Origin: an uncultured Actinomycetes bacterium
Lineage (GTDB): Bacteria; Actinomycetota; Thermoleophilia; UBA2241
Length of the DNA: 64,000 nt
Reading direction: 5' to 3'
NCBI GenBank assembly: GCA_963709345.1
Contig: CAVPVX010000001.1
Location: 320,001 to 384,000, forward strand
In this document: piece after piece, positions 19,033 to 29,232 of the stretch
How the letters are laid out: each line of letters begins with the position of its first letter
Numbering within the stretch: the stretch's first letter is position 1
Program-made: the position numbers and the translations under genes
Notes under the pieces: generated by a model
Told to the model about the DNA's origin: nothing
Database searches by the model: none
What the model saw: only the letters and a program-made list of their open reading frames with translations

Positions 19033-19306
19033 ACGGCCATGCTACCCGACGCGGGAAGGGGACGGGAACGACCGGGAACCGCCGCCGTGCCCCAGGTCGC
19101 GCACAGACTGGGCTTGACCCACGTTTCGCTCCGACCCTCGATCCGCCGCCGCGAGGCGTGGTCCGGCGCCTGGGTGTCGCGTTCGTGGTTACCATGAATG
19201 TCGAGCAGCACGACGACTGAATGCCACCCTGACGCCGTCGCGCAGGCCTGGTGAACCGTGATTGCGTCATACCCTGGTCTGTAGTCGTCTTTCGGTGGCG
19301 CCCTGA

Positions 19307-20740
19307 TCAGATCGCGGAGGACGCCTCCACGCGCGTCGCCTGGTCGGCGAGAGCCTCGCCCAAGAGCGTCTCGAGCCCGGCGTTCTGCTCGGCTGTGAGC
19401 ATGAAACCGCGCACATCAGCGAGGAGGCCGGCGAGACGCGAGCGGACGCGGTCGCCGAGCGTCGTGGCACCGTCGGCCGCCCAACGATCGTGCCCCGCGT
19501 GGTCGAGCAGCGACGGCGTCCAGAACTCCCGGTGGTGCCTGCGCGTGTACCTGGTCGCAAGGTGATTGCCGCCGGGTCCGGCGGCCTTGATCTCGTCCAT
19601 GGCGAGCGCGTATTCATCCACCGAGACCTCCCGCATGAACTGGCGCGCGTAGCCCACGAGCTCGTCGCCGAGGACGATCGACTCGTAGGAGCTCTGCAGC
19701 CCCGACTCAAGGTAGCCGACGTCGTGCAGCAGCGTCGCGCGGGAGAGCGAGCCGTAGGCCATGCTCAGTGCGGCCTCGGCGCTCCACTGCTCGTCCAGGA
19801 TCTTCGAGTCTGACATGCCTGCGTACGAGAAGCTCGGCAATCCGTAGTGGCGAGCCATATCCGTGCCGACCTGCTGGGCCAGCAGCGCATCGGGCGCGAC
19901 GTACGGATCGGTCATGGTGCGCATGTCCATAGCGCCGGCGCCGACACCGTAGACGAACGGCGCCCCCGCCTTCACGGACTGCTGCAGCACCAGACCACTG
20001 AGGGTCTCGGCGTTGCCGACGAGCATCGCCGCCGTGATGCTCCGCGGGCAGGTGGCGCCCATGTTGGGGGCCGGCGCGTAGATCAGGGGGATGAGGAGAT
20101 CGGCGCAGCCGATCACCTTGGTCAGCGCGTCCGCGTCGTGCATCAGCGGCGGCGACGGCATCGCGTAGATGCCGAAGCTCTCCTTCTCGCCGCAGAGCGC
20201 CGCCATCTCCTGCATACGAGCGAGGACGCTGCCGTCGCGCGGCGCCACGAGCAGCGGCTTGCGGGTGCCGCGCAGCATCGCGACCACCTGGACGAGGTCG
20301 TCGATCTCCCGAGGGGCGTCCTCGGGCAGACCCATGCTCATGACGAAGTCGATGTTGGGGAGCTTCTCGCAGAGCGTCGCCATGCCCTCGACATCCGCAC
20401 GACGGACGCGGCGACGCTCGCGGGTGTCGGGGTCGCAGACGTAGAGCACATCGGAACCTGTGCCGAAGTAGACCTCGCCGTCACGAAGGATGAGCGGCTC
20501 AGTGTCGCCGCCTCGTGGCTTCAGCAGCCACTCGCGCGGCGCCGTGCGAAGCGCCTCGTCGACGAGCCGCGCGGGGATGCGGACCCGACGACCGTCGACC
20601 TCGGCGCCGGCGGCGCGAAAGCGCTCGAGCGCGGGCTCGTGACGAACGTCGACACCGACACCCGCGAGCAGCTCAAGAGTGGCCTCGTGCAGGCGACGGC
20701 ACTCGGCCTCGCTCCAGAGCGTGAGTACTGCCTTCGACAT
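19307..20740 (-). CDS. MttB-superfamily (non-pyrrolysine) methylamine:corrinoid methyltransferase
   Basis: LHEATLELL..VGV, GATCP.SI, NAETLSG, MDMRT, SDSK..DEQ, HDVGYLESG, GPGGN; no in-frame TAG. Confidence 0.88.
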   Translation of the reverse strand: MSKAVLTLWSEAECRRLHEATLELLAGVGVDVRHEPALERFRAAGAEVDGRRVRIPARLVDEALRTAPREWLLKPRGGDTEPLILRDGEVYFGTGSDVLYVCDPDTRERRRVRRADVEGMATLCEKLPNIDFVMSMGLPEDAPREIDDLVQVVAMLRGTRKPLLVAPRDGSVLARMQEMAALCGEKESFGIYAMPSPPLMHDADALTKVIGCADLLIPLIYAPAPNMGATCPRSITAAMLVGNAETLSGLVLQQSVKAGAPFVYGVGAGAMDMRTMTDPYVAPDALLAQQVGTDMARHYGLPSFSYAGMSDSKILDEQWSAEAALSMAYGSLSRATLLHDVGYLESGLQSSYESIVLGDELVGYARQFMREVSVDEYALAMDEIKAAGPGGNHLATRYTRRHHREFWTPSLLDHAGHDRWAADGATTLGDRVRSRLAGLLADVRGFMLTAEQNAGLETLLGEALADQATRVEASSAI

Positions 20741-20762
20741 GCCGCGGCTCCTCTCGCCTTCC

Positions 20763-20841
20763 TGACTGAGGAGTCAACCTATCACGAGCACGAAATGGTA
20801 TGTCAAGCAGGTATGTGGCAATGCTACTCTTCACAAGTGAA
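20763..20841. promoter_or_regulatory. Divergent promoter region with two inverted repeats (candidate operators)
   Basis: TGACT-N4-AGTCA (20763-20776), TTCAC-AA-GTGAA (20830-20841), and a minus-strand TTGACA at 20801-20806. Confidence 0.4.
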
Positions 20842-20894
20842 CGCAGAACAATGTAAGATGCGCCAAGTAACCTCTCTCGCCGACAGGGGGTCGC

Positions 20895-21980
20895 ATGGAT
20901 GGAAGTGCCTCGAAGACGCCGGCTCGCGGAGAGCCGGTCTTCGCGCCGTTCGGTGACGACAACGCCTGTATCGAATGGCTCTGGGCCACCCTGTATGCGC
21001 CCGACGGCGCCAGCACCGTCTGCCGCCGCTGCCGTACCGTGCGCCGCTTTCACCGCGTCTCGCGCCGGCGTGCATACGCCTGCGACCACTGCGGCACGCA
21101 GGTGTATCCCACAGCCGGCACGTTCATGCAGGGCTCCGGCCTGAGCGTCGCCACGTGGTTCACCGCGGCGACGCTCGTCGCCGGCAGCGAAGGCGGTATT
21201 GCCCCGCGCGTCCTCACCGACGAACTCGGCGTGAGCTACAAGACGGCGCTGCGCATGAAGCGGAAACTGGAGGATGCCGCGGCGGGCAGCCCCGACGCCT
21301 CACTGCTCGAACGCTTGTGGCGGGACGCCGGCGGCTCCGGCGGGACCTTCGCGGCCGGCGCGCCCGCTCGCGACCGGTCGTCGCGCGCCCGAGAGAACAT
21401 CCGCGCCGCGGCCTGCCGCGCCTTCGCGGCGCGTGGCCCGTCGGCGACCCGGATCGCGGACATCGCCCGGGAGGCCGGCGTGTCGAGCGCGATCATCCAC
21501 TACTACTACAAGTCCAAGGATGAGGTGCTCCTCGCCGCCCTGCAGTGGGCCAACGAGCACACGAGCCGCCGCCTGGAGAAGCTGCGCGAAGAGACAGACG
21601 ATCCTGTGGAGCTGTTGCGTCTGACGATCGACCTCGCCGTGCCCACCGAGGGCGTGCTGCGCGACGAGTACCTGCTGTGGATCGAGACGTGGGCGCGCGT
21701 GCGGCTGCACCCCAAGCTCCTGGCCGAGTGTGTGGCCATGTCGGCGCGCTGGACAGGCTTCTTCCGGGAGCTCGTCGAGGAGGGCGAGGCGGCCGGGGTG
21801 TTCGACCCCATTGCCCCGGCCGCCGAAATCGCCGAGCGCGTGGTCGCACTCTCGGACGGCCTCAGCTTCCGCTCTGCGATCGGCTACACCGCCATGCACG
21901 AGCAGCGAGTCCGGGAACTGCTCGTGAGCTTCGCAGCCGAACAGCTTCGCGTGCCGGCCGCCGAGCTGGTGCGCCGCTGA
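20895..21980 (+). CDS. Fusion of an IS1595-transposase-like Zn-ribbon/HTH with a TetR (BetI-like) regulator
   Basis: N-terminus F.DD.ACIEWL...CRRC...YACDHC..Q..PTAGTF......WF.A.......GI....L..ELGVSYKTA.RM; C-terminus IADIAREAGVS.AIIHYYY.SKDE plus a TetR ligand domain. Confidence 0.85.
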   Translation: MDGSASKTPARGEPVFAPFGDDNACIEWLWATLYAPDGASTVCRRCRTVRRFHRVSRRRAYACDHCGTQVYPTAGTFMQGSGLSVATWFTAATLVAGSEGGIAPRVLTDELGVSYKTALRMKRKLEDAAAGSPDASLLERLWRDAGGSGGTFAAGAPARDRSSRARENIRAAACRAFAARGPSATRIADIAREAGVSSAIIHYYYKSKDEVLLAALQWANEHTSRRLEKLREETDDPVELLRLTIDLAVPTEGVLRDEYLLWIETWARVRLHPKLLAECVAMSARWTGFFRELVEEGEAAGVFDPIAPAAEIAERVVALSDGLSFRSAIGYTAMHEQRVRELLVSFAAEQLRVPAAELVRR

Positions 21981-22023
21981 CGGTCCGCCCCCGCAGTCGA
22001 TTATCCCTGTGGCCGGCTCGCCC

Positions 22024-22187
22024 TCAGCCGACCCCGAGGATCGTCTGACGGTGGCCACGGCCTCGATCGCGTCCTCGGCGTAGCCGTCGGCGCCGATCTC
22101 GTAGCCCTCCTGGGCGAGCCGCTCGACGTCCTCGGCCTCGCCGTCGATCACGGTCTGCTTCATCTGTGCGTAGAGCTCTTCGGACAC
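22024..22187 (-). pseudogene. Internally deleted corrinoid (B12-binding, MttC/MtbC-like) protein remnant
   Basis: AAGGAGG RBS; N-terminus MSEELYAQMKQTVIDGEAEDVERLAQEG joined directly to C-terminus EIGADGYAEDAIEAV; no DxHxxG motif. Confidence 0.75.
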
Positions 22188-22472
22188 TGGGGATCCTCCT
22201 TACGACGCTTGGTCGCCGCGGGCGTCCGCAGGAGCGCGATGGCTTCTGTCTGGAGTCCCGGCGATAGGGGCTGGTCATCTGGCCCGTCAAGCAAGTACGC
22301 GAGTGAACCACCAACGCCAGGTACCTGAAGCAGCGGTGAGCGCAGCAGGGAGATCGGCGGACTACTTGTCTCTCAGGATGCGGCCGAAGACCTCAGACGC
22401 CACCGGGAATGGTGGCTCGCGGAACGTCGAACTGCGATGATGCCGAGAACGATCACAAGAAAGGACACCCGG

Positions 22473-23591
22473 ATGCCTGCCCTCTTCGATCAGACCCAGA
22501 TCGGCACGATGAGGCTTGCCAACCGCTTCGTCCGCTCCGCGACCTGGGAGGGCATGGCGACCGACGACGGATGCTCCACGCCCGAGCTTGACGCGTACGT
22601 CGCGAGGCTCGCCGAGGGAGGCGTCGGTCTGACCATCAGCAGCTACGCCTACGTGAGCCCCGAGGGCAGAGATGCACCGGGCCAGCTAGGCGTCTGCTCC
22701 GACGAGCACGTTCCCGGGCTGACGGCGATGGCGAGGGCGACACACGCGGTAGGTGGCAGGATCGCCCTCCAGCTCGCCCATGCCGGCTGCTTCGGCGAGC
22801 CGTCGCTCTCGGGGTTCGAGCCCGTGGGGCCGTCGTCACTCGAGACCCACGACGGACCGGTGGGACGTTCGCTGTCCGGAGCCGAGCTGGCCGAGCTGCC
22901 GGCAGCGTTCGCCGCCGCGGCCGAGCGAGCCCGGGCAGCCGGCTTCAACGCCGTACAAGTCCACGCGGCTCATGGCTACCTGCTCAGCCAGTTTCTCTCG
23001 CCGTACTTCAACCGGCGCACGGACGGCTACGGAGGTGGCTTCCAGCAGCGCACCCGGCTGCTGCTCGAGGTCGTCGCAGCGGTGCGCGACGCAGTCGGGA
23101 ACGATCACCCAGTACTCGTCAAGGTGAACGCCGAGGACTTCCTTCCCGGCGGCCTCTCGGCGGACGACATGCTGGAAGTCGCCGCCAGACTCGAAGCGGC
23201 CGGCGTCGACGCGATCGAACTGAGTGGCGGGACCGGCCTGGAGGAGGGGCTCAGCTTCTCCCGCATCGGCCGCCCCGCGGCCGGTGAACCCGAGGCCTAC
23301 TACGAGGACGCCGCGCGGCGATTCAAGGCCGAGATCGGCGTCCCGTTGATGCTCGTCGGCGGAATCCGCACCTTCGAGACCGCGGAGCGCCTCGTGGCGG
23401 AGGGCGCAACCGACTACATCGCCCTGTCGCGCCCCCTCATCCGCGAGCCGGGGCTCATCGCCCGCTGGCGCGCCGGGGACACGGCACCAGCCCGCTGCAT
23501 CTCGGACAACGGGTGCTTCGACGCACCCGACGAAGGCCGCGGCCTGTTCTGCCCGGTCGAGGAGCGCGAGGCGAGGCGCGCGAACGGGTGA
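22473..23591 (+). CDS. NADH:flavin oxidoreductase (old yellow enzyme family)
   Basis: NRFVRSATWE, QLAHAG, QVHAAHGYLLSQFLSP..NRRTD.YGG, SRPLIREP, CISDNGC. Confidence 0.92.
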   Translation: MPALFDQTQIGTMRLANRFVRSATWEGMATDDGCSTPELDAYVARLAEGGVGLTISSYAYVSPEGRDAPGQLGVCSDEHVPGLTAMARATHAVGGRIALQLAHAGCFGEPSLSGFEPVGPSSLETHDGPVGRSLSGAELAELPAAFAAAAERARAAGFNAVQVHAAHGYLLSQFLSPYFNRRTDGYGGGFQQRTRLLLEVVAAVRDAVGNDHPVLVKVNAEDFLPGGLSADDMLEVAARLEAAGVDAIELSGGTGLEEGLSFSRIGRPAAGEPEAYYEDAARRFKAEIGVPLMLVGGIRTFETAERLVAEGATDYIALSRPLIREPGLIARWRAGDTAPARCISDNGCFDAPDEGRGLFCPVEEREARRANG

Positions 23592-23645
23592 GCACACTCA
23601 CTCCGGGCCGACGCCGATGAGCCTCGGCTCACCCGCCGGCTGCGG

Positions 23646-24776
23646 TCAGCGCTCGCGCAGGAACCTGTCGAACGCCTCCAGGCCCGGCTCGAGGCCGAGC
23701 CGCCCAAGCCCGACGCGGAAGTGGTCCGTAGGGGTCTCGGCGATCTCCGAGTAGTAGATGCTCGCCGGCAGCACCAGGACGCCTTCCTTCATGAGGAGGT
23801 CGTGGCAGAACGCCTCGACGTCCCCGCCCTTGTACCGCGGGAAGCAGACGCACCCGCCGACCGGCGGCTGCCAGTCGAAGAGCTCCTCCCAGCGGGCAAA
23901 GAAGTCGTCGAAGAGCGGCCGGTTGGCGGCGATGACCCCCCGGTTGCGCTCCCAGATCCGTTCGCGGTTGCGGAGCGCGAGCGCCGTCAGATACTCCGTC
24001 GGTCCCGCGTTGCAGATCGTCGTGTAGTGCTTGCGCTTCTCCAGCCGCTCCAGCAATCCCCGGTCGCGACAGGCCAGCCAGCCGATGCGCAATCCCGGCA
24101 GTCCGTAGGACTTGGAGGCCACGTTGAGTGAGACGGCGGTCTCAGACAGGTCCGCGGCCTGCGAGATGGTCCGCGCGGGGTCGAACTCGATGCCGCGGTA
24201 GACCTCGTCGCAGAACAGGCGGATGCCGCGCGCCTCGCACATCGCGGCGAGCTCGCAGAAGACGGCCTCGTCGGGAACGTGGCCGGTCGGGTTGTTCGGG
24301 AAGTTGACGGCGACCAGCTTCGTGCTCGGACGCAGCAGGCCGCGCAGATCATCGAGGTCGAGGGCCCAGCCGTTCTCACGGCGCATGACCAGAGGGCTGA
24401 CATCCGCACCTGTCGCAAGGGGCACGGTCTCCATCGACTGGTAGCAGGGCACCGTGACGACGGCGTGGTCACCGGGCCCGACGAGCTCCTGCATCGCCCA
24501 GAAGAGAGCCTCCTGAGCGCCGGTGAAGGCGAGCACGTGCTCCGCCTCCACGCGCTCGTAGGTGCCGGCGACTGCCTCGCGCAGGTTCTCGCTGCCCCAC
24601 GAGTCGATGTACGTGAGCGGCATCCGCATGAAGCCTTCGCGGTCGGCGTCGCTACCCATGGCAAGGAGCTCCTCGAGGGTGATGCTCTCGGCGTCGGATG
24701 CGGTGAGGTGATGCCGAACCGTGAGCTCCCACTTGCCGAGGAACTCTTCGAGACGGAACGTGCGCAGCGGCTTCAT
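23646..24776 (-). CDS. PLP-dependent class I/II aminotransferase-like enzyme
   Basis: NFPNNPTG, DEVY, SKSYGLPGLRIGW. Confidence 0.9.
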   Translation of the reverse strand: MKPLRTFRLEEFLGKWELTVRHHLTASDAESITLEELLAMGSDADREGFMRMPLTYIDSWGSENLREAVAGTYERVEAEHVLAFTGAQEALFWAMQELVGPGDHAVVTVPCYQSMETVPLATGADVSPLVMRRENGWALDLDDLRGLLRPSTKLVAVNFPNNPTGHVPDEAVFCELAAMCEARGIRLFCDEVYRGIEFDPARTISQAADLSETAVSLNVASKSYGLPGLRIGWLACRDRGLLERLEKRKHYTTICNAGPTEYLTALALRNRERIWERNRGVIAANRPLFDDFFARWEELFDWQPPVGGCVCFPRYKGGDVEAFCHDLLMKEGVLVLPASIYYSEIAETPTDHFRVGLGRLGLEPGLEAFDRFLRER

Positions 24777-25390
24777 GAGCGTGCCTCCTTGAGCAAGGCG
24801 TAGACGGTGGTGCGGGACACGCCGAGGGCGCGACCGGCGTGAGCGGCGGCGTGGCGGGTGGCAAACAGGCCGCGCTCGTCCATGAGGCGGACGAGCGTCA
24901 AGCGCTGGTCACGGGTGAGGCGGTCACGACGGAGGCGGCGCGAGCGGCACTCCTCGTCGACCAGGAGGAGGATCTGCTCGCGCCAGTCGCGGTCAAAGAG
25001 CTCGGGCGGGCGCCCCTGGACTGCGGCAGCGAATCGCGTCAGCAGCTCTATGGTGCCGTCGAACGGCGAGCGGTCGAAGTCGATGCAGAGCAGACCGCGC
25101 TTGGCGCCCTTGGCGTTGTGCAGAACAACGCTTACGGAAGTGAGCGCGCGCCCGTCGGCCAGGACCTTCGGGTAGGGGCCGCTGACGCGTGCGCCATCCG
25201 AGTACTCGGGCAGCTCGTCGATCAAAGATCTGTCACCGACCCTGCGCTCGGAGATGGGGTTCCAGATGGCGGCGATGCGGCCACGGCGGATGTCGTGGAT
25301 GGCGACTTCGGCGTACGGATGGAGCAGCGCGACGACAGCCTCACAGACCGGCACATGCGGCTCAAGCCATGCGGGGTGACTTGGTCTCAT
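24773..25390 (-). CDS. YheO/DauR-like PAS-HTH transcriptional regulator
   Basis: LLHPYAEVAIHD, S.R.VGD, LCIDFD, GLF.......LGVSRTTVY. Confidence 0.85.
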   Translation of the reverse strand: MRPSHPAWLEPHVPVCEAVVALLHPYAEVAIHDIRRGRIAAIWNPISERRVGDRSLIDELPEYSDGARVSGPYPKVLADGRALTSVSVVLHNAKGAKRGLLCIDFDRSPFDGTIELLTRFAAAVQGRPPELFDRDWREQILLLVDEECRSRRLRRDRLTRDQRLTLVRLMDERGLFATRHAAAHAGRALGVSRTTVYALLKEARS

Positions 25391-25398
25391 GGCCGAAC

Positions 25399-25427
25399 AG
25401 TATGTCCGTTCCGAACAGTCTGTCAAC
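25399..25427 (-). promoter_or_regulatory. Sigma-A-type promoter TTGACA-N17-CATACT, nearly leaderless
   Basis: Minus strand TTGACAGACTGTTCGGAACGGACATACTGTTCGGCCATG; contains ACTGTTCGG twice. Confidence 0.55.
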
Positions 25428-25528
25428 AAAGCGGATGGTCATGCCGTGTGCATCGGGCTTGACGCACGCGGCCGGGCGGTCCCGGAGGCGGGAATCGCCG
25501 CCGGCGTCGCCTACCCGGATGGTCCGTG

Positions 25529-27001
<1,473 letters not shown>

Positions 27002-27093
27002 TCAGAAGTCAAGCAATACAGGACTTGCCTGCAAAGAACCCTCTTCCCGCGCTGCTTTGACGGTTTGGCCCGCCTCAGCTACAGTGCGGGACG

Positions 27094-27705
27094 ATGCCTG
27101 CAGCCACGCCCCGCAACCCCACCGATACCGGCGTGCCGGCCGAGCGCTGGCCGGCCAAACTCGTGGGGAGACGGCTGCGCGAGGCGCGGCGGACCCGCGG
27201 ACTGACGCTCGACGACGTCGCCGGCCAAGCCGGCTTCACCAAGTCCTTCGTCAGCGCCGTGGAGCGGGGTGAGACATCGCCGTCGATCGGCTCGCTGTAC
27301 CGCATCTGCGAGGTGCTCGGCATCAGCATGTCGGCGCTCTTCGAGACGGTCGGCGCGCCTGAGAGCAACGTGGTGCGACGCACCGATCTCAAGAGCACCT
27401 ACTTCGGCGGCGAGGGTGTCGTCAACTACATGCTCTCGCCGCGTGCGGAGCGCCGCGCGCAGGTGATCGAGACCCACATAGCGCCCGGCGGCTCGCCGGG
27501 TCCGGAGCCCTGGTCACACGCCGGCGAGCTGGTCATGGCGACGGTGCTCGAGGGAACGGTCGAGTTCCGCTTCGGCGAGCGCAGTACGACCCTGCAGGCC
27601 GGCGACACCATCAGCTACTCGCCGGCCGACCCGCACTCGTGGGGCAACCCGGACGATGAGCATCCGGCTGTCGCGCTCTTCTTCGAGGTTCCGGCGGAGT
27701 ACTGA
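27094..27705 (+). CDS. XRE-family HTH-cupin regulator
   Basis: GRRLREAR..RGLTL, S.VERG..SPS, H.GE...VLEG...GD...PH. Confidence 0.9.
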   Translation: MPAATPRNPTDTGVPAERWPAKLVGRRLREARRTRGLTLDDVAGQAGFTKSFVSAVERGETSPSIGSLYRICEVLGISMSALFETVGAPESNVVRRTDLKSTYFGGEGVVNYMLSPRAERRAQVIETHIAPGGSPGPEPWSHAGELVMATVLEGTVEFRFGERSTTLQAGDTISYSPADPHSWGNPDDEHPAVALFFEVPAEY

Positions 27706-27730
27706 GCCGCCGAGCCGGGGCCAGGCCGCG

Positions 27731-28504
27731 CTAGCCGCCCTCGGACGCGGCGAGAGCCCTGTACACCATCTGCCGCGTATCGGCGATGTGCTCCCGCATC
27801 GTCTCGGCGGCTCGGACGGCGTCCCGGTCGTGCACCGCCGCGATGATCCACTTGTGAAACGCGTGCACGTCCTCGGCGCGGTGCTCGTGGAGCGCCTGCT
27901 CCACCGGCAGGAAGAGCTCTCCCCGGACGGCGATCATCGCGGCCTCGAGGCGCGGGCTGTGCGCCGCCAGGGCGAGCGCGTCGTGGAACTCCACGTCCCA
28001 GCGGAACAGCGAATCGCGGGTCTCGCGGTACATGGCATCCGCCGTCTCGATGCGGCGCAGCTCTTCGGCCGAGCGCTGCTCGGCCGCCAGGGCCGCGATG
28101 CGCGTCTCCACCGTCGTCCTGAACTCGAAGATGTCGTCGAGGTCAGCTGAGTTCCAGCGCATCCAGTCCGTCCAGCAGCGTAGCAGCGTGTCCATGTCGC
28201 TCACGCGGGAGCCGCCGTACGCACCCTTGCTCGTCTTGAGGTACCCGGTGGCCTCGAGCGCCTTCAGTCCCAAGCGAAGGGTGACGCGCGAGACACCAAG
28301 TCTCACGGCGAGATCGCGCCCCGGCGGCAGCCGGTCGCCGGGCCGGAGTTGACCGGAGAAGATCAGCGAGCGGATGTAGCGCGCGGCACGATCGGCCGCC
28401 GACTCCGCCAGCAGCGTGGCGGAGGACCACTCCGGGGAATCGGACACGTCCCCGGGCGGAGTCGTCTGGGTGGTCTCTGCCGAGTCGTCAGCCATCGCCG
28501 CCAA
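27731..28504 (-). CDS. GntR/FadR-family regulator
   Basis: LRPGDRLP..R.LA..LGVSR.TLR; FCD domain D.EFH...H...MREH. Confidence 0.9.
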   Translation of the reverse strand: MAAMADDSAETTQTTPPGDVSDSPEWSSATLLAESAADRAARYIRSLIFSGQLRPGDRLPPGRDLAVRLGVSRVTLRLGLKALEATGYLKTSKGAYGGSRVSDMDTLLRCWTDWMRWNSADLDDIFEFRTTVETRIAALAAEQRSAEELRRIETADAMYRETRDSLFRWDVEFHDALALAAHSPRLEAAMIAVRGELFLPVEQALHEHRAEDVHAFHKWIIAAVHDRDAVRAAETMREHIADTRQMVYRALAASEGG

Positions 28505-28784
28505 GTCTACCCGTTTGAAGCCGGCAGCCGGAAGAGAGCGCCGTCAAGAGCGGGGGCCGCGCGTCGCGCGGCCGGACGCCAGAGAGCCGATTCGATTCCT
28601 CCGACGTGGGTACACGCAGTCGGGAAGCGTCCAGCTATTCCCTTGGGAGGCTTTCTGCACATGACCGATGGGAGCAACGAGCCGCGGCTCAGCGACGCTG
28701 TGGGCGAGCACGGAGGGCTTGACCGACGCCGTCGCGGCGCTGCGGCCGAGGCGATCGAGGCAGTCCGGCCGGACGGGGCCGTCG

Positions 28785-29171
28785 CGGGAGATCGAGTGGC
28801 TCGCTTCGGCCCTGCCTCCCGCGCTCGCGAACGAGACCGTCATGAGCCTCGTGTAGATCAACCTGTGGGACAATGCCGTCACGTGCACGTCCCCGCACCC
28901 GCGAGCCCGCATCGAGATCGGGGCCCGCAACGGCGCGGACGCAGCAGTCTACCGGGTCCGCGACGACGGGGTGGGGTTCGACCCGGCCTACACGGACAAG
29001 CTCTTCGGCGTGCTCCAGCGGCTGCATCGCAACGAGGTGTTTGAAGGCACCGGCATCGGCCTGGTCACGGTCAGAAGAGCGATCAAGCAGCTCGGCGGGC
29101 GCACCCGGGCGGAGGGGGCCGCGGAGGCCGGAGCGACCTTCTACTTCGCGCTTCCACGAAGCAAGGGTTGA
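28785..29171 (+). pseudogene. Histidine kinase HATPase_c remnant
   Basis: REIEW...LV*INLWDNAV...VRDDGVGFD...KLFGVLQRLH...GTGIGL...GATFYF; TAG at 28854; no HisKA domain. Confidence 0.8.
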
Positions 29172-29232
29172 CCCGGAGGCATGGCGCGGCGAGCGCCGTG
29201 ACCGGTTAGCCTCGGGGTAAGCTCATGCGCAG

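Noticed and set aside
19307-20740. Pyrrolysine in MttB
   Set aside because: No in-frame TAG; the ORF is uninterrupted.
20895-21280. Active IS1595 element
   Set aside because: No DDE domain, terminal inverted repeats or target duplication visible.
23646-24776. Capreomycidine-synthase-like enzyme marking a biosynthetic cluster
   Set aside because: No NRPS or oxygenase nearby; a generic PLP enzyme is the simpler reading.
28854-28856. TAG readthrough in the kinase fragment
   Set aside because: Simple TGG-to-TAG nonsense change in an otherwise degraded, truncated gene.
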